Shown here piece after piece: positions 28,866 through 39,381 of a DNA stretch of 64,000 nucleotides. The notes under the pieces are model-generated. The model ran no database searches. It had not been told where the DNA came from and was given only the letters and a program-made list of their open reading frames with translations. How positions within the stretch are numbered: the first letter of the stretch is position 1; every line of letters starts with the position of its first letter. This stretch comes from a bacterium (GTDB taxonomy: Bacteria; UBA8248; JACPRG01; G963555815): positions 256,001-320,000 of the forward strand of contig CAUVWX020000002.1 in NCBI GenBank assembly GCA_963555815.3, given 5' to 3'. The translations under genes were made by a program, and so were the position numbers.

Positions 28866-31346
28866 TTGAGCGACCGCTACGACTTTCATGCGATAGAGGC
28901 CAAATGGCAGAGGATTTGGCAGGAACAGGGGGCCTTCGTCGTTTCGGGTGAGGGCCGGGGGCCGAAATTCTACCTCCTGGAAATGTATCCTTATCCCTCG
29001 GGCCGCATCCACATGGGGCACGTGAGGAATTATACCATCGGCGATGTGGTGGCGCGCTACAAGGCCATGAAGGGCTACCAGGTGCTTCACCCCATGGGGT
29101 GGGATGCCTTCGGCCTTCCTGCCGAGAACGCCGCCCTGGCCCGGGGGGTGCACCCGGCCCGGTGGACCCAGGAGAATATTGGGTTCATGAGACAACAGCT
29201 TCGACGCCTGGGTTTCAGCTATGACTGGACCCGGGAGATCGCCACCTGTGAGCCGGACTATTACCGTTGGAACCAGTGGATCTTCCTTCAGATGTACCGC
29301 CGGGAGATCGCCTATCGTCGAAAGACCCGGCTTCACTGGTGCCCGGACTGCAAGACCACGCTCGCCAACGAACAGGTGGAGGGAGGACTCTGCTGGCGCC
29401 ACGGGACCCAGGTCGAGGAAAAGGAAATGGACGCCTGGTTCCTGAGGATCACCGATTATGCCGAGGAGCTTCTCGCCGGCTTAGACACCTTGGCCGGGAC
29501 CTGGCCCGAGCGGGTTCTCACGATGCAGCGGAACTGGATCGGCAAGAGCGTGGGCGTGGAAATCGTTTTTCCCATCGTGGGGGATACCGAGAGGCTCAGC
29601 GCCTTCACGACCCGCCATGATACCGTCTACGGAGCGACCTTCATGGTCCTGGCCCCGGAGCACCCCCTCGCCCGGCGTCTGGCCGCCGGGACCCCGCAGG
29701 AAGAGGAGGTCCGCCGCTTCTGCGAAGAGATGAGCCGCCAAGACAAATATCAAAGAACGGCTGAGGGGCAGGAGAAGACAGGGGTCTTCAGCGGGCGCCA
29801 CGCCGTCAACCCGATGACGGGCAAGGAGATCCCCATCTGGATCGCAAACTTCGTCCTCATGGAATACGGGACAGGGGTCATCCAGGCGGTCCCCGCCCAT
29901 GACCAGCGGGACCTGGAGTTCGCCAGAAAGTACGACCTCCCGGTCCGGGTCGTGGTCCAACCCCCCGGGGGCTCTCTGGACGAGGCCACCCTGGAGGAGG
30001 CCTATGTGGATGAGGGCGTGAACACGCACTCAGGCTCCTTCGATGGCATGCCCACTCCCCGCGCCAAGGAAGCGATCGCGGATTTCATGGAGGAGCGTGG
30101 GATAGGTCGGCGAAAGACTCAATACCGCCTTCGCGATTGGGGGATCTCCCGTCAGCGTTATTGGGGAACCCCCATCCCCATCCTCTACTGTAAAGCCTGC
30201 GGGACGGTTCCAGTTCCAGAGGAAGACCTGCCCGTTATCCTTCCCACGGAAGAGTTCGAGTTTGGCGGTCCCTCACCCCTCACCACCTATGCCCCGTTCT
30301 ACCGAGCGGATTGTCCGGCTTGCGGCAAAGAGGCCCGCCGCGAGACGGACACCATGGACACCTTCTTTGACTCCTCCTGGTACTTCTGCCGCTTCACGAG
30401 CCCGAAAGAGTCCCGAGCCCCCTTTGAGGCCTCGGCGATCCAGAGGTGGATGCCCGTGGACCATTACATTGGCGGGATCGAACACGCCGTCCTGCATCTC
30501 CTCTATTCCCGGTTCTTTTCCATGGTCCTACGCGACCTCGGACTGATCCCGCAGGCGGAGCCCTTTCACGAGCTTCTGACCCAGGGGATGGTCATCAAGG
30601 ATGGGCTCAAAATGTCCAAGTCCCACGGCAACGTGGTGGACCCAGACGATATGGTCAAGAAGTTCGGGGCCGACACGGTGCGCCTCTTTATCCTGTTCGC
30701 TTCCCCCCCGGAGCGCGAGCTCGAGTGGAACGAGGCTGGCGTCGAGGGTTCCCACCGCTTTCTCAACCGCCTCTGGAGACTCGTCCACCAGCGCCGGGAG
30801 GCTTTGCAGGGGGACACCCCCGCAGCCCCTTTCGCCGGAGATTTCAGCCCGGCTGCGGGGGAGCTTCGGAAAAGGACCCATCAGACCATCCGCCGGGTCA
30901 CCGACGATATCGAGCAGCGCCTTCATTTCAACACCGCCATCGCCGCCACCATGGAGCTCACCAACGCCGTCTCGGCCTTTGAGGACGACGGAAGCCCGGG
31001 CTCCAGATGGGCCCTTCGGGAGGCCGTCCACCACCTGGTCCTGCTTCTTTCACCCTTTGCCCCCCACCTGGCCGAGGAGGTGTGGGAGGTCCTGGGGGGG
31101 CAGAAATCTCTCGTGAGTTGCCCCTGGCCTGAGTATGATGCTGAGGTGGCCGCTGAGGAGACCCTGACCATTGTCCTTCAGGTAAACGGCAAGGTGAGGG
31201 GCCGAATCCAGGTTGCGGCCACGGCTGAGGCGGATCAGATCAGGTCCCTCGCTTTGGGGGACGAGCGGATCAAAGGCTGGATTGGGGAAAAGGAAATCCG
31301 AAGGGTCGTGGTGGTACCGGGGAAACTGGTCAATGTGGTGGTTTAA
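28866..31346 (+). CDS. leuS: Leucine--tRNA ligase
   Basis: PYPSG.IHMGH, GWDAFGLPAEN, editing domain (VPAHDQRD), ISRQRYWG, KMSKS. Confidence 0.98.
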   Translation: MSDRYDFHAIEAKWQRIWQEQGAFVVSGEGRGPKFYLLEMYPYPSGRIHMGHVRNYTIGDVVARYKAMKGYQVLHPMGWDAFGLPAENAALARGVHPARWTQENIGFMRQQLRRLGFSYDWTREIATCEPDYYRWNQWIFLQMYRREIAYRRKTRLHWCPDCKTTLANEQVEGGLCWRHGTQVEEKEMDAWFLRITDYAEELLAGLDTLAGTWPERVLTMQRNWIGKSVGVEIVFPIVGDTERLSAFTTRHDTVYGATFMVLAPEHPLARRLAAGTPQEEEVRRFCEEMSRQDKYQRTAEGQEKTGVFSGRHAVNPMTGKEIPIWIANFVLMEYGTGVIQAVPAHDQRDLEFARKYDLPVRVVVQPPGGSLDEATLEEAYVDEGVNTHSGSFDGMPTPRAKEAIADFMEERGIGRRKTQYRLRDWGISRQRYWGTPIPILYCKACGTVPVPEEDLPVILPTEEFEFGGPSPLTTYAPFYRADCPACGKEARRETDTMDTFFDSSWYFCRFTSPKESRAPFEASAIQRWMPVDHYIGGIEHAVLHLLYSRFFSMVLRDLGLIPQAEPFHELLTQGMVIKDGLKMSKSHGNVVDPDDMVKKFGADTVRLFILFASPPERELEWNEAGVEGSHRFLNRLWRLVHQRREALQGDTPAAPFAGDFSPAAGELRKRTHQTIRRVTDDIEQRLHFNTAIAATMELTNAVSAFEDDGSPGSRWALREAVHHLVLLLSPFAPHLAEEVWEVLGGQKSLVSCPWPEYDAEVAAEETLTIVLQVNGKVRGRIQVAATAEADQIRSLALGDERIKGWIGEKEIRRVVVVPGKLVNVVV

Positions 31347-31854
31347 AAGGACAATTTACTCCCTTGGCCTAGCTCTCATCCTTCTGGGGTGTGGCTACCG
31401 ACTCGAAGGCACCACTATTTCCTCGCTCCCCCCCCATATCAAGAGGGTCCACATCCCTATTTTTCGAAACGGGACTACAGAGGAAGGCATCGAGGTGAGG
31501 ATCAGCGAGGAACTCCGAAACCTCATTTTGGAGGACGGGCGACTCGAGCTGGCGCAAGGACGGGAGGATGCGCAGGCCATCATTATAGGAGAGGTCCAGG
31601 AATTCAACCTCAGACCCATCTCCTTCAATAGCAGCGACCGCGTCCGAGAGTTCCGCCTTCGGATCTCTGTCCGGGCTACGCTACGTGATCTGGAGAACAA
31701 CGAAATCCTCTTCGACCAGACCATTCGGGCCGACCGGGAATACGGCGTCTCTGACAATCTCGGGTCAAACGAGCAGGCGCAGAGTGAAGCCCTCGAGCGG
31801 GGTGCAGACGACTTTGCCCGGGAGCTGAAGAGCATCCTCATCGAGGGGTTTTAA
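31333..31854 (+). CDS. lptE: LPS-assembly lipoprotein LptE
   Basis: Lipobox LLGCGY, and the conserved leuS-lptE-holA position. Confidence 0.85.
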   Translation: MWWFKRTIYSLGLALILLGCGYRLEGTTISSLPPHIKRVHIPIFRNGTTEEGIEVRISEELRNLILEDGRLELAQGREDAQAIIIGEVQEFNLRPISFNSSDRVREFRLRISVRATLRDLENNEILFDQTIRADREYGVSDNLGSNEQAQSEALERGADDFARELKSILIEGF

Positions 31855-31862
31855 GGGGGAGG

Positions 31863-32924
31863 ATGCCTGAAACCTCCTACGAGGGCGCCCGCAGGGACAT
31901 CGAGGCTGGCCAGGTTTGCCCCCTCTATCTCTTCCATGGAGAAGAGACCTTCCTGGCCGATGACCTCCTGGCACGCCTTCGGGCACGGCTTCTCCCCGGG
32001 GGCCTCGATGAGTTAAACCATGAGCGCCTCTACGCTGACGAGATCACCCCAGAGACCCTCCTGACCGCTGTGCGCACGCTCCCCTTCATGTCTGGCTGCC
32101 GCTTGGTCCTCGTGAGACGGGCAGAGGCCCTGCCCCGGGGGGGAGAGGCACTGGCCGATTACTTTGAGGACCCCGTTTCGAGCACCTGTTTGGTCCTTCT
32201 GGCAGATGCCCTGCCGCGCCAAAGCCAACTGCCCCACCGGGTGAAGAAGAAGGGGACAGTGGTCTCGCTGTCCTCTTTGAAGCCGGCCGCCTTTCGAAAG
32301 CATCTCTCCTCTCTCGCCAGGGAGAAGGGGTTGCGCTTCGATTCCGATGCCCTTGACCTTTTAGCCGAGCGGGCCGGCCGAAACCTTCACCGCGGTATCG
32401 CCGAGATGGAAAAGCTTTCGGTGTGGGAGACAAAGGCGGGCCGGGTGGACCGTGAGCTGGTGGCGGCTGTTGTGGACGACGGTCGTCTAGACACCTTCTT
32501 TGATCTTGCCGACGCCCTGGGCAGAAAGCAGCTGGCGCGAGCCCTTGAGGCCCTGCATAGACTCCGCGGGATCCCTCCCTTGGTCCTCCTGGCCACGGTG
32601 GGCCGGCATTTTCGTCGCCTGTTTGAGCTCCGGGCCAAACTGGACGTCGAAGGGCGGAAAGGGGAGGGGACCACCCAGGGGAAGCAGGATTACTATCTGA
32701 AGAAGATGACCCGCCAGGCCTCTTTGTTTTCCGCCCAGGAAATCCGGGGAGTCTTCCAGCAGCTCCACAGCACAGACCTCGCCCTTAAGGGGACCAGCAC
32801 ACCGAATCGGCTCGTCTTGGAAGACCTGGTCTTCGCCATATGCGGGTCAGCCAAGGGTAAAGATTCTGGGGAAGATGTCAGGGGGAAGCCTGGGGAGGCT
32901 TCAGGGCGTCGGCCCGCCTGCTGA
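31863..32924 (+). CDS. holA: DNA polymerase III delta subunit
   Basis: LYLFHGEETFL, TLPFMS..RLVLV, EMEKL, FDLADA, DLALK; synteny with leuS-lptE and rpsT. Confidence 0.9.
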   Translation: MPETSYEGARRDIEAGQVCPLYLFHGEETFLADDLLARLRARLLPGGLDELNHERLYADEITPETLLTAVRTLPFMSGCRLVLVRRAEALPRGGEALADYFEDPVSSTCLVLLADALPRQSQLPHRVKKKGTVVSLSSLKPAAFRKHLSSLAREKGLRFDSDALDLLAERAGRNLHRGIAEMEKLSVWETKAGRVDRELVAAVVDDGRLDTFFDLADALGRKQLARALEALHRLRGIPPLVLLATVGRHFRRLFELRAKLDVEGRKGEGTTQGKQDYYLKKMTRQASLFSAQEIRGVFQQLHSTDLALKGTSTPNRLVLEDLVFAICGSAKGKDSGEDVRGKPGEASGRRPAC

Positions 32925-33159
32925 GGCGAGCGATGAGGCGGGACGCGGTATTTTTGTGGATGACCCCCTTTGAGGCCGTCCGGGCAATGAGGGGGAGTGC
33001 GACCTCGAGGTGTTTACGAGTAGCCTCTGCGTCCTTCATCTCGATGGCGGCGTGGACCCGCTTGACAACGGTCCGATAAGCGGAGCGGAGCGGTTGATTG
33101 CGAGCCCGCCGCTTGAGGCTCCTCCGGGCGGCTTTCCGTGCCGGTTTCTTTTGGGGCAT
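32878..33159 (-). CDS. rpsT: 30S ribosomal protein S20
   Basis: Basic 93-aa protein with RN...RS..RT..K and KGVIHKNTASR; convergent with holA. Confidence 0.93.
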   Translation of the reverse strand: MPQKKPARKAARRSLKRRARNQPLRSAYRTVVKRVHAAIEMKDAEATRKHLEVALPLIARTASKGVIHKNTASRLIARLSRRADALKPPQASP

Positions 33160-33207
33160 CTGTCTTCTCCAAAAGGGCTGAAAACTTCCCTTTCTCCAGA
33201 AACCCTT

Positions 33208-33235
33208 AATATAAAGGCTTTCTCCCTGCTGTCAA
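33208..33235 (-). promoter_or_regulatory. sigma70-type promoter for rpsT
   Basis: Minus strand TTGACA-N16-TATATT. Confidence 0.65.
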
Positions 33236-33290
33236 GGACCTTGCCCACGCAGACACCAGACGGGTCCGGCCCTCCAGGCCGGGGGTTTGG

Positions 33291-34880
33291 ATGAGGGACA
33301 CCGATCGCCTCACCCGCGCGGCGGGCGTCGTAAGCGGGGCCACGTTCCTCAGCCGGGTCACCGGATTCGTCCGTGACGTCATCATTGCCCAGACCTTTGG
33401 GGCGGGATTCAGCGCAGACGCCTTCTTTGTGGCCTTCGGGATACCGAGCCTGTTTCGGCGATTCTTTGCCGAAGGGGCCCTTTCAGCGGCCTTCATCCCC
33501 GTCTTCGCCGCCGAGCGGGAAAAAGGGGGAGACGAAGCGGCGCGCCGCATGAGCGGTGCCCTGGTCGCCTCCTTGGCCATCATCGTCGCGGTCGTGACCC
33601 TGTTGGGCATTTGGGCGGCCCCGGGGCTTGTGCTCGTCCTGGTGCCGGGCTTTCGGGACGACCCTCAGAAGCTGGCCCTGACGGTGACCCTGACCCGCCT
33701 CATGTTCCCCTTCCTTTTTTTCATCTGCCTTGCGGCGGTCGGGGCCGGTATCCTGAACACCCTTCGGCATTTCCTCACCCCCGCCCTCTCCCCCATTTTC
33801 CTGAATCTCTCCCTCATTGCCTTTGCCCTGGCCCTGGCGCCTCGGCTGGCGCAGCCGGTCGTGGCCCTCGCTTGGGGGGTTGTCCTGGGCGGCGCCGCTC
33901 AATTGGCTGTGCTGTTTGTCCCGCTTTGGCTCCGGGGACACCTGCCTCGTCCTCGATGGGAGCCGGGCCACTCCGGCTCCAGACGGGTTGCCCGCCTCAT
34001 GGGCCCCGCCATCTTTGGGATGTCCGTCGCCGAGATCAGCGTCATCATGGACCGATGGCTGGCGTCCTTCCTGGCGGAGGGGAGCATCTCCTTTCTTTAC
34101 TATGCCAACCGACTCGTCCAGTTCCCCCTTGGGGTGTTTGGTATCGCCATGACCATCGCCATCTTTCCCACTCTCTCCGCGCAGGCTGCCCGAAAGGACC
34201 GACAAGAATTTCTGGACACCCTGGGGCTTGGGGCGCGCCTCATCCTCTTCCTCTGTCTTCCCGCCACCGTGGGCTTGGTCCTCCTCAGCACTCCCATCAT
34301 TCACCTTCTTTTTGAGCGGGGAGCCTTCACGGCCCACTCGACCGCCATGACGGCTTGGGCCCTCTTTTACTACGCCGCCGGCCTCATTGCCTTCGCCGGG
34401 GTCAAGATCGTGGCCTCCGCCTATTACTCCCTCCAGGACACGGCCACCCCGGTCAAGCTGGCGGCCTGGGCCCTCCTCGCCAATCTGATCTTTAACCTCA
34501 TCCTCATGGGACCCTTCAAGCACGCTGGGCTTGCCCTGGGGAGCGCGCTTGCGGCCTATCTAAACCTGGGGCTTCTCGTGGTGATCCTCCGACGCCGGCT
34601 TGGGCACATCGGGGGCAAAAAGATCGCTCGCTCCTTTCTCAGGATGATCCCCGCAGTTGTGATCATGGGCATCGTTGTTTTCACGGTGAACCGCGGATTC
34701 TTTGTCCCCGATGGGACCACCACCTCCCAGGCCCTGGCGCTTGGGAGCGCCGTAGTTCTGGGGATGGCCAGTTTCTTCCTCGTGGCTCGGGTGATGCGGT
34801 GCGAGGAGATGCAGATCATCTGGGGGGCCGTGCGCCGCAAGGAGAAGACCCCCTGGGCGAGCCCTCCCGGGGGAGCGTAA
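33291..34880 (+). CDS. murJ: Lipid II flippase MurJ
   Basis: SRVTGFVRD, DAFFVAF, RRFFAEGA, YANRLVQFP, FERGAF, DTATP. Confidence 0.96.
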   Translation: MRDTDRLTRAAGVVSGATFLSRVTGFVRDVIIAQTFGAGFSADAFFVAFGIPSLFRRFFAEGALSAAFIPVFAAEREKGGDEAARRMSGALVASLAIIVAVVTLLGIWAAPGLVLVLVPGFRDDPQKLALTVTLTRLMFPFLFFICLAAVGAGILNTLRHFLTPALSPIFLNLSLIAFALALAPRLAQPVVALAWGVVLGGAAQLAVLFVPLWLRGHLPRPRWEPGHSGSRRVARLMGPAIFGMSVAEISVIMDRWLASFLAEGSISFLYYANRLVQFPLGVFGIAMTIAIFPTLSAQAARKDRQEFLDTLGLGARLILFLCLPATVGLVLLSTPIIHLLFERGAFTAHSTAMTAWALFYYAAGLIAFAGVKIVASAYYSLQDTATPVKLAAWALLANLIFNLILMGPFKHAGLALGSALAAYLNLGLLVVILRRRLGHIGGKKIARSFLRMIPAVVIMGIVVFTVNRGFFVPDGTTTSQALALGSAVVLGMASFFLVARVMRCEEMQIIWGAVRRKEKTPWASPPGGA

Positions 34881-35776
34881 TGGCCGAGGATCAGGGCCTT
34901 CTCCAAGGCTTTCTGGATTATCTCAGTGCAGATCGGCGTCTCGCCAAGAACAGCCTTCTGGCCTACCGCAGGGACCTCAGCCACTTTATCTCGGCCTATC
35001 GAAAGAGGACCGATGCCCCTCTCTCGGCCCTCCATCGAAAGGACCTGATGGCTTATCTGGAAAAGTTGCAACAAGAAAAGATCCTGGCCAGCACAGTCCG
35101 CCGAAGACTTTCTTCTCTGAGGGGGTTCTGCCGCTTCCTGGTGGCTGAGGGCCACCTCGCCGAGGACCCCACCCTGGAGCTGAAGGGCCCGCGGACGGGG
35201 CGCCGACTTCCTCACGTCCTGTCCGTGGCCGAGGTGGATCGACTGCTGGCCGAGCCCGATCCCGGGACCCCTCTTGGCTGCCGGGATGCTGCCATGCTGG
35301 AGACCATTTATGCCAGCGGGCTTCGAGTCTCCGAACTCCTGGGCCTCACTCTGTCCCGGATTAACCTTGAAGTGGGCTATGTCCTTCCTTTGGGCAAGGG
35401 AAATAAGGAGAGGGTGGTCCCAATGGGAGAGGTGGCACAGGCAAAGGTTCAGGAGTATCTGAGATGGGGCCGCCCGAAGTTGCAGCGACCCCACTCAGGG
35501 GACATTGTGTTTTTAAACCGACGCGGTGGGGCGCTCTCGAGGGTGGGGTTCTGGAAGATCTTGAAGGGTTATGTCCGAGCGCAGGGGCTCCGCCGCCCAG
35601 TGAGCCCCCACACCCTGAGGCACTCTTTTGCCACCCATCTCTTGGCCAGGGGGGCGGATCTTCGCTCGATACAGCTCATGCTGGGGCACGCGGACATTTC
35701 GACGACACAGATCTACACCCATATTACACAGGAGCGGCTTCGGCAGATGTTTGATCAATATCATCCAAGAGCTTAA
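34880..35776 (+). CDS. xerD: Site-specific tyrosine recombinase XerD
   Basis: AYRRDL, YASGLRVSEL, GKGNKER, HTLRHSFATHLL..GADLR, LGHADISTTQIYTH, YHPRA. TAATG overlap with murJ. Confidence 0.93.
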   Translation: MAEDQGLLQGFLDYLSADRRLAKNSLLAYRRDLSHFISAYRKRTDAPLSALHRKDLMAYLEKLQQEKILASTVRRRLSSLRGFCRFLVAEGHLAEDPTLELKGPRTGRRLPHVLSVAEVDRLLAEPDPGTPLGCRDAAMLETIYASGLRVSELLGLTLSRINLEVGYVLPLGKGNKERVVPMGEVAQAKVQEYLRWGRPKLQRPHSGDIVFLNRRGGALSRVGFWKILKGYVRAQGLRRPVSPHTLRHSFATHLLARGADLRSIQLMLGHADISTTQIYTHITQERLRQMFDQYHPRA

Positions 35777-35899
35777 CATTATTATTCAATGTGTTATTAC
35801 GGTATATATAATGTGTTTTATAAATAAAAGATGTCCTTCCAAATTTGTTTGCGCCCCACGACCCGCTGTGCTAATTTGACGTCGGCTGGGAGGAAGAAT

Positions 35900-36880
35900 T
35901 TGGCGAAATTGAAAGCCCACAACATCCCGCTGAAGGAGCCGGGCCGGGTTCGCGAGCTCTTTGGTATCCACGATGAGCACCTGAAGCAGCTGGAGGCCGT
36001 CTTCGGCGTCAAGATCGCCCTGGCGGATGGGGGCGTTGACGTCATCGGCGATCCTGAGCGCTCAGCCGTAGTGGAAAAGCTCCTCAAGGCGCTTCAGGCG
36101 GTCCTTGCCGAAGGTTATGAGCTCCGCCCTCATGACCTCCAGATCCTTGCTCGAGCCTATCAGGAGGATCCCAAGGCGGATCTCAAGGCCCTCTTCGCAT
36201 GGCGGATCCAGGTGGGGGGGAAGCGCCAGTTCGTGGTCCTAAAAGGGGCCGCCCAGCGGGCCTATGTGGAAGCCATCCGAAGTCACGATCTCGTCGTGGG
36301 GATTGGTCCGGCGGGGACGGGGAAGACCTATCTTGCCATGGCCTTGGCTATGGCGGGCTTGCTGGAGAAAGGCTTTGCGCGGATCATCCTCACACGGCCG
36401 GCGGTTGAGGCGGGTGAGCATCTTGGCTTTCTGCCGGGGGACATCTACGAGAAGATCCACCCCTACCTGCATCCCCTTTACGATGCCCTCTATGAGATGA
36501 TGGAGCCCGAAAGGGTGAACCGACTTGTGGAGCGAGGGATCATCGAAATTGCCCCTCTGGCCTATATGCGCGGGCGCACCCTCAATGACTCCTTTATCGT
36601 CATGGACGAGGCCCAAAATTCCACGGTCGAGCAGATGAAGATGTTTCTTACCCGGCTCGAATTCGGGTCGAAAGTGGTGATCACCGGGGACATCACCCAG
36701 GTGGATCTCTCGGAGGAGAAGCACTCGGGGCTCATTCAGATCCGCAGCATCCTGGAGAATGCCCCCGGGATCCGTTTCGTCTACTTTACGGAAAAGGATG
36801 TCGTGCGCCATCCATTGGTCCAGACCATCATCAAGGCCTACGAGCGCCACAAAAAGGAAAAAGGGGCTTCAAAGGGATGA
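35900..36880 (+). CDS. phoH: PhoH-family ATPase
   Basis: GPAGTGKT, RPAVEAGE.LGFLPG, LAYMRGRTL, DEAQN, TGD.TQ, VVRH. TTG start after GGGAGG. Confidence 0.95.
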   Translation: MAKLKAHNIPLKEPGRVRELFGIHDEHLKQLEAVFGVKIALADGGVDVIGDPERSAVVEKLLKALQAVLAEGYELRPHDLQILARAYQEDPKADLKALFAWRIQVGGKRQFVVLKGAAQRAYVEAIRSHDLVVGIGPAGTGKTYLAMALAMAGLLEKGFARIILTRPAVEAGEHLGFLPGDIYEKIHPYLHPLYDALYEMMEPERVNRLVERGIIEIAPLAYMRGRTLNDSFIVMDEAQNSTVEQMKMFLTRLEFGSKVVITGDITQVDLSEEKHSGLIQIRSILENAPGIRFVYFTEKDVVRHPLVQTIIKAYERHKKEKGASKG

Positions 36881-39381
36881 CCCGAGGGGGAAAAAACAGG
36901 CGGAAATCTCTTGGCAAGAACCTGCGGGGGACCGGTCTCAGCAGCCCAAGGGCCGAGGCCAGACCTTCAAGCGGGCAGGCGGCCCGGGTGAGGTGGATAA
37001 CGGGAATTGCTCTCCTCCTTTCCCTCACCTTTATTTTCCTTTTCATTCAAACGGACTCTCTCCCCTCAAAGGGGCTTTCCGTGGGAGATGTGGTCCGAAG
37101 AGATATCAAGGCGGGAGAAGATTTTCTAGTCGAAGACGAGGCCTCCACGACCAAGATCAGGAGGGAGGCCGAGAGGGCGGTAAGAGATGTTTATGACTTG
37201 GACAGTGGCCTGGCGAGGGGAATGGCCGAACAGGTCAGGGCCGCCTTTTTGAGCGTGAGAAAGGCCTACGAGTCCGCCGAGGCAGAGAGGAAGTCCGCTC
37301 CTCCATTCGTGGGACCGAGGCTCAGGCGGGAGGGAAGTCCGGCCCGAGAGGGGAGCGGGTTTGAGGAAGGGCTGAAGGACACGCAGGCGTTCCTGGCTGC
37401 AGAGGGGGCCTTCTATCGGGCGCTCGGCCTGGAGCCGGAGGCCACACTGGTGGCCGCCCTGCGGGAGCAGAAGTATGGCCTTCAGATTGGCGAGGAGGTT
37501 GCTCGGCTTCTGGAACAGGCGGCGGCCCCCGGGATTGTGAGCAATAAAGAGCTCCTCCTGGCCCAGGCGGGCAAGGGGATACAGATTCGTGAGGTGGGTT
37601 CCACGGAAGAGGTGGTGGTGGAGGATGTGGAGCAATACCCGGACGCCTCAGAGGCCCTTCAGAATCTTGAGGCCCTGGCAACGCGGCTCAGGATAGGAGA
37701 CTCTCTGGACGAGCGCCGATTAAGCGTCCTTTTGACCAGCCACCTCATCCAGCCAAATCTCACTTTGAACAAACAGGCCACCGAAGAGCGGCGCAGGGAG
37801 GCCCGCGAGGAAGCCAAGCCAGTCTATTTTCAAATCAAGAAGGGCGAGATGATCGTCCGGGAGGGGGCGCGGATCACCCCCGAGCACAGGGTGAAGCTGA
37901 GGGGACTTGCTGCGTTGCAGGAGACGCGGGGGATCCTGGCCTCCGGAATAGGGGTGGCCCTCTTGATGGCCCTTTTTCTGGCGTTGACCTGGATCTATCT
38001 GTCCTGGTTTAAGACCAAGCTGATTCGCTCCACATCGATGGTGATCCTATTAGCGGTCTTGCTCCTCGGGACCGTCCTCCTCATCAGCGTTTTCATCCAG
38101 CTGGGCAACATCCTTTCAGAGGGTTCCGACGTCATTGAAGCCACCTCTTACTATTACGCTGTTCCCTTTGCCGTGGCGGCCATGCTGGCCGCTATCCTGG
38201 TGGACCTTGAGGTGGCCCTTCTCTTTTCGGCACTGACGGCTTTTCTGGCGGGACTCCTTATCCCCGCCCCCGGGATCTCTTATGCCCTGATGGCTCTGGT
38301 GGGGGGGTTGGTGGCCAGCTTTCGGGTGAATCAATACCATCACCGTTCAAGCATCCTGATCACGGGCCTCTTCATCGGGCTTGCCAACGTCGCCGTCCTC
38401 ATTCCTCTGCACCTCATGGAGGGGGGCCTCACCATCCCTCGTGGACTTTTAGATCTCCTCATGGGAATCGCTGGGGGGGGCGTGGTGGCGATTCTTGTCT
38501 CGGCCTTCCTTCCTTTTCTGGAATCTCTCTTCAAAGTTACGTCCGACATCAAACTCCTTGAGCTGGCCGACCTCAACCATCCCATCCTGCGCCAGCTGGT
38601 GGTCCAGGCCCCCGGGACCTACCACCACAGCGTGATCGTGGGGAATCTGGCAGAGGAGGCCGCCGAGCGCACCGGGGCAAACTCTCTTCTGGCTCGGGTG
38701 AGCGCTTACTATCACGACATCGGAAAGATTCGAAAGCCTGAGTACTTCATCGAGAATCAGTCGGGACCCGAAAACAAACACGACCGACTCGCCCCCCGGA
38801 TGAGCAGCCTCATCCTCATCTCTCACGTCAAGGATGGGATCGAATTGGCTCGAAAATACCACCTCCCCGAGAAGATCATCGACTTCATCCCCCAGCATCA
38901 CGGGACCAGCCTCATCCCCTATTTTTACAACAAGGCCAAGGAACGTGAGGTCCCAGGGCATGAGACAGTCGAGGAGGAAGACTTCCGCTATCCTGGGCCT
39001 AAGCCCCAGATCAGGGAGACGGCCATCGTGTTGCTGGCCGATATGGTGGAGGCGGCTTCCCGTACCCTCACGGACCCCCACCCAGCCCGAATCCGGTCCA
39101 TGGTGAAGGGGACCATCAACCGGGTCTTCGCAGAGGGTCAGCTGGAAGAGTGCGACCTCACGCTGCGAGATCTCAACCTCATTGCCGAGGCTTTTGTTCG
39201 GATTCTGACGGGGATCTTTCATCACCGAGTGGAGTACCCGGGCCAGCGAAAGGCCTGGGGCCAGGAGAAGCCGGAAGATGTCGATTCGGCTGACCGATCG
39301 ACAAAAGAGGACAGCCGTCGACTCGGCCTGGATCGCCGAGAAGGGACGACAGCTCTTAGAGACCTTGGCCTGTCCGGATGA
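36877..39381 (+). CDS. 7TM receptor with intracellular HD hydrolase (PgpH/YqfF-like, putative cyclic-di-AMP phosphodiesterase)
   Basis: N-terminal TM, large extracytoplasmic domain, hydrophobic 7TM block, then APGTYHHS, YHDIGK, HV.DG, HHGT, LAD.VEAASR. Confidence 0.88.
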   Translation: MTRGGKNRRKSLGKNLRGTGLSSPRAEARPSSGQAARVRWITGIALLLSLTFIFLFIQTDSLPSKGLSVGDVVRRDIKAGEDFLVEDEASTTKIRREAERAVRDVYDLDSGLARGMAEQVRAAFLSVRKAYESAEAERKSAPPFVGPRLRREGSPAREGSGFEEGLKDTQAFLAAEGAFYRALGLEPEATLVAALREQKYGLQIGEEVARLLEQAAAPGIVSNKELLLAQAGKGIQIREVGSTEEVVVEDVEQYPDASEALQNLEALATRLRIGDSLDERRLSVLLTSHLIQPNLTLNKQATEERRREAREEAKPVYFQIKKGEMIVREGARITPEHRVKLRGLAALQETRGILASGIGVALLMALFLALTWIYLSWFKTKLIRSTSMVILLAVLLLGTVLLISVFIQLGNILSEGSDVIEATSYYYAVPFAVAAMLAAILVDLEVALLFSALTAFLAGLLIPAPGISYALMALVGGLVASFRVNQYHHRSSILITGLFIGLANVAVLIPLHLMEGGLTIPRGLLDLLMGIAGGGVVAILVSAFLPFLESLFKVTSDIKLLELADLNHPILRQLVVQAPGTYHHSVIVGNLAEEAAERTGANSLLARVSAYYHDIGKIRKPEYFIENQSGPENKHDRLAPRMSSLILISHVKDGIELARKYHLPEKIIDFIPQHHGTSLIPYFYNKAKEREVPGHETVEEEDFRYPGPKPQIRETAIVLLADMVEAASRTLTDPHPARIRSMVKGTINRVFAEGQLEECDLTLRDLNLIAEAFVRILTGIFHHRVEYPGQRKAWGQEKPEDVDSADRSTKEDSRRLGLDRREGTTALRDLGLSG

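Noticed and set aside
32878..32924. 47-nt convergent overlap of holA and rpsT
   Set aside because: It involves only the non-conserved tails of a common convergent gene pair. No evidence of function.
34880..35776. Tyrosine recombinase as a prophage or integron integrase
   Set aside because: It has XerD-type length and motifs, is translationally coupled to murJ, and has no integron-integrase insertion, cassettes or phage genes nearby.
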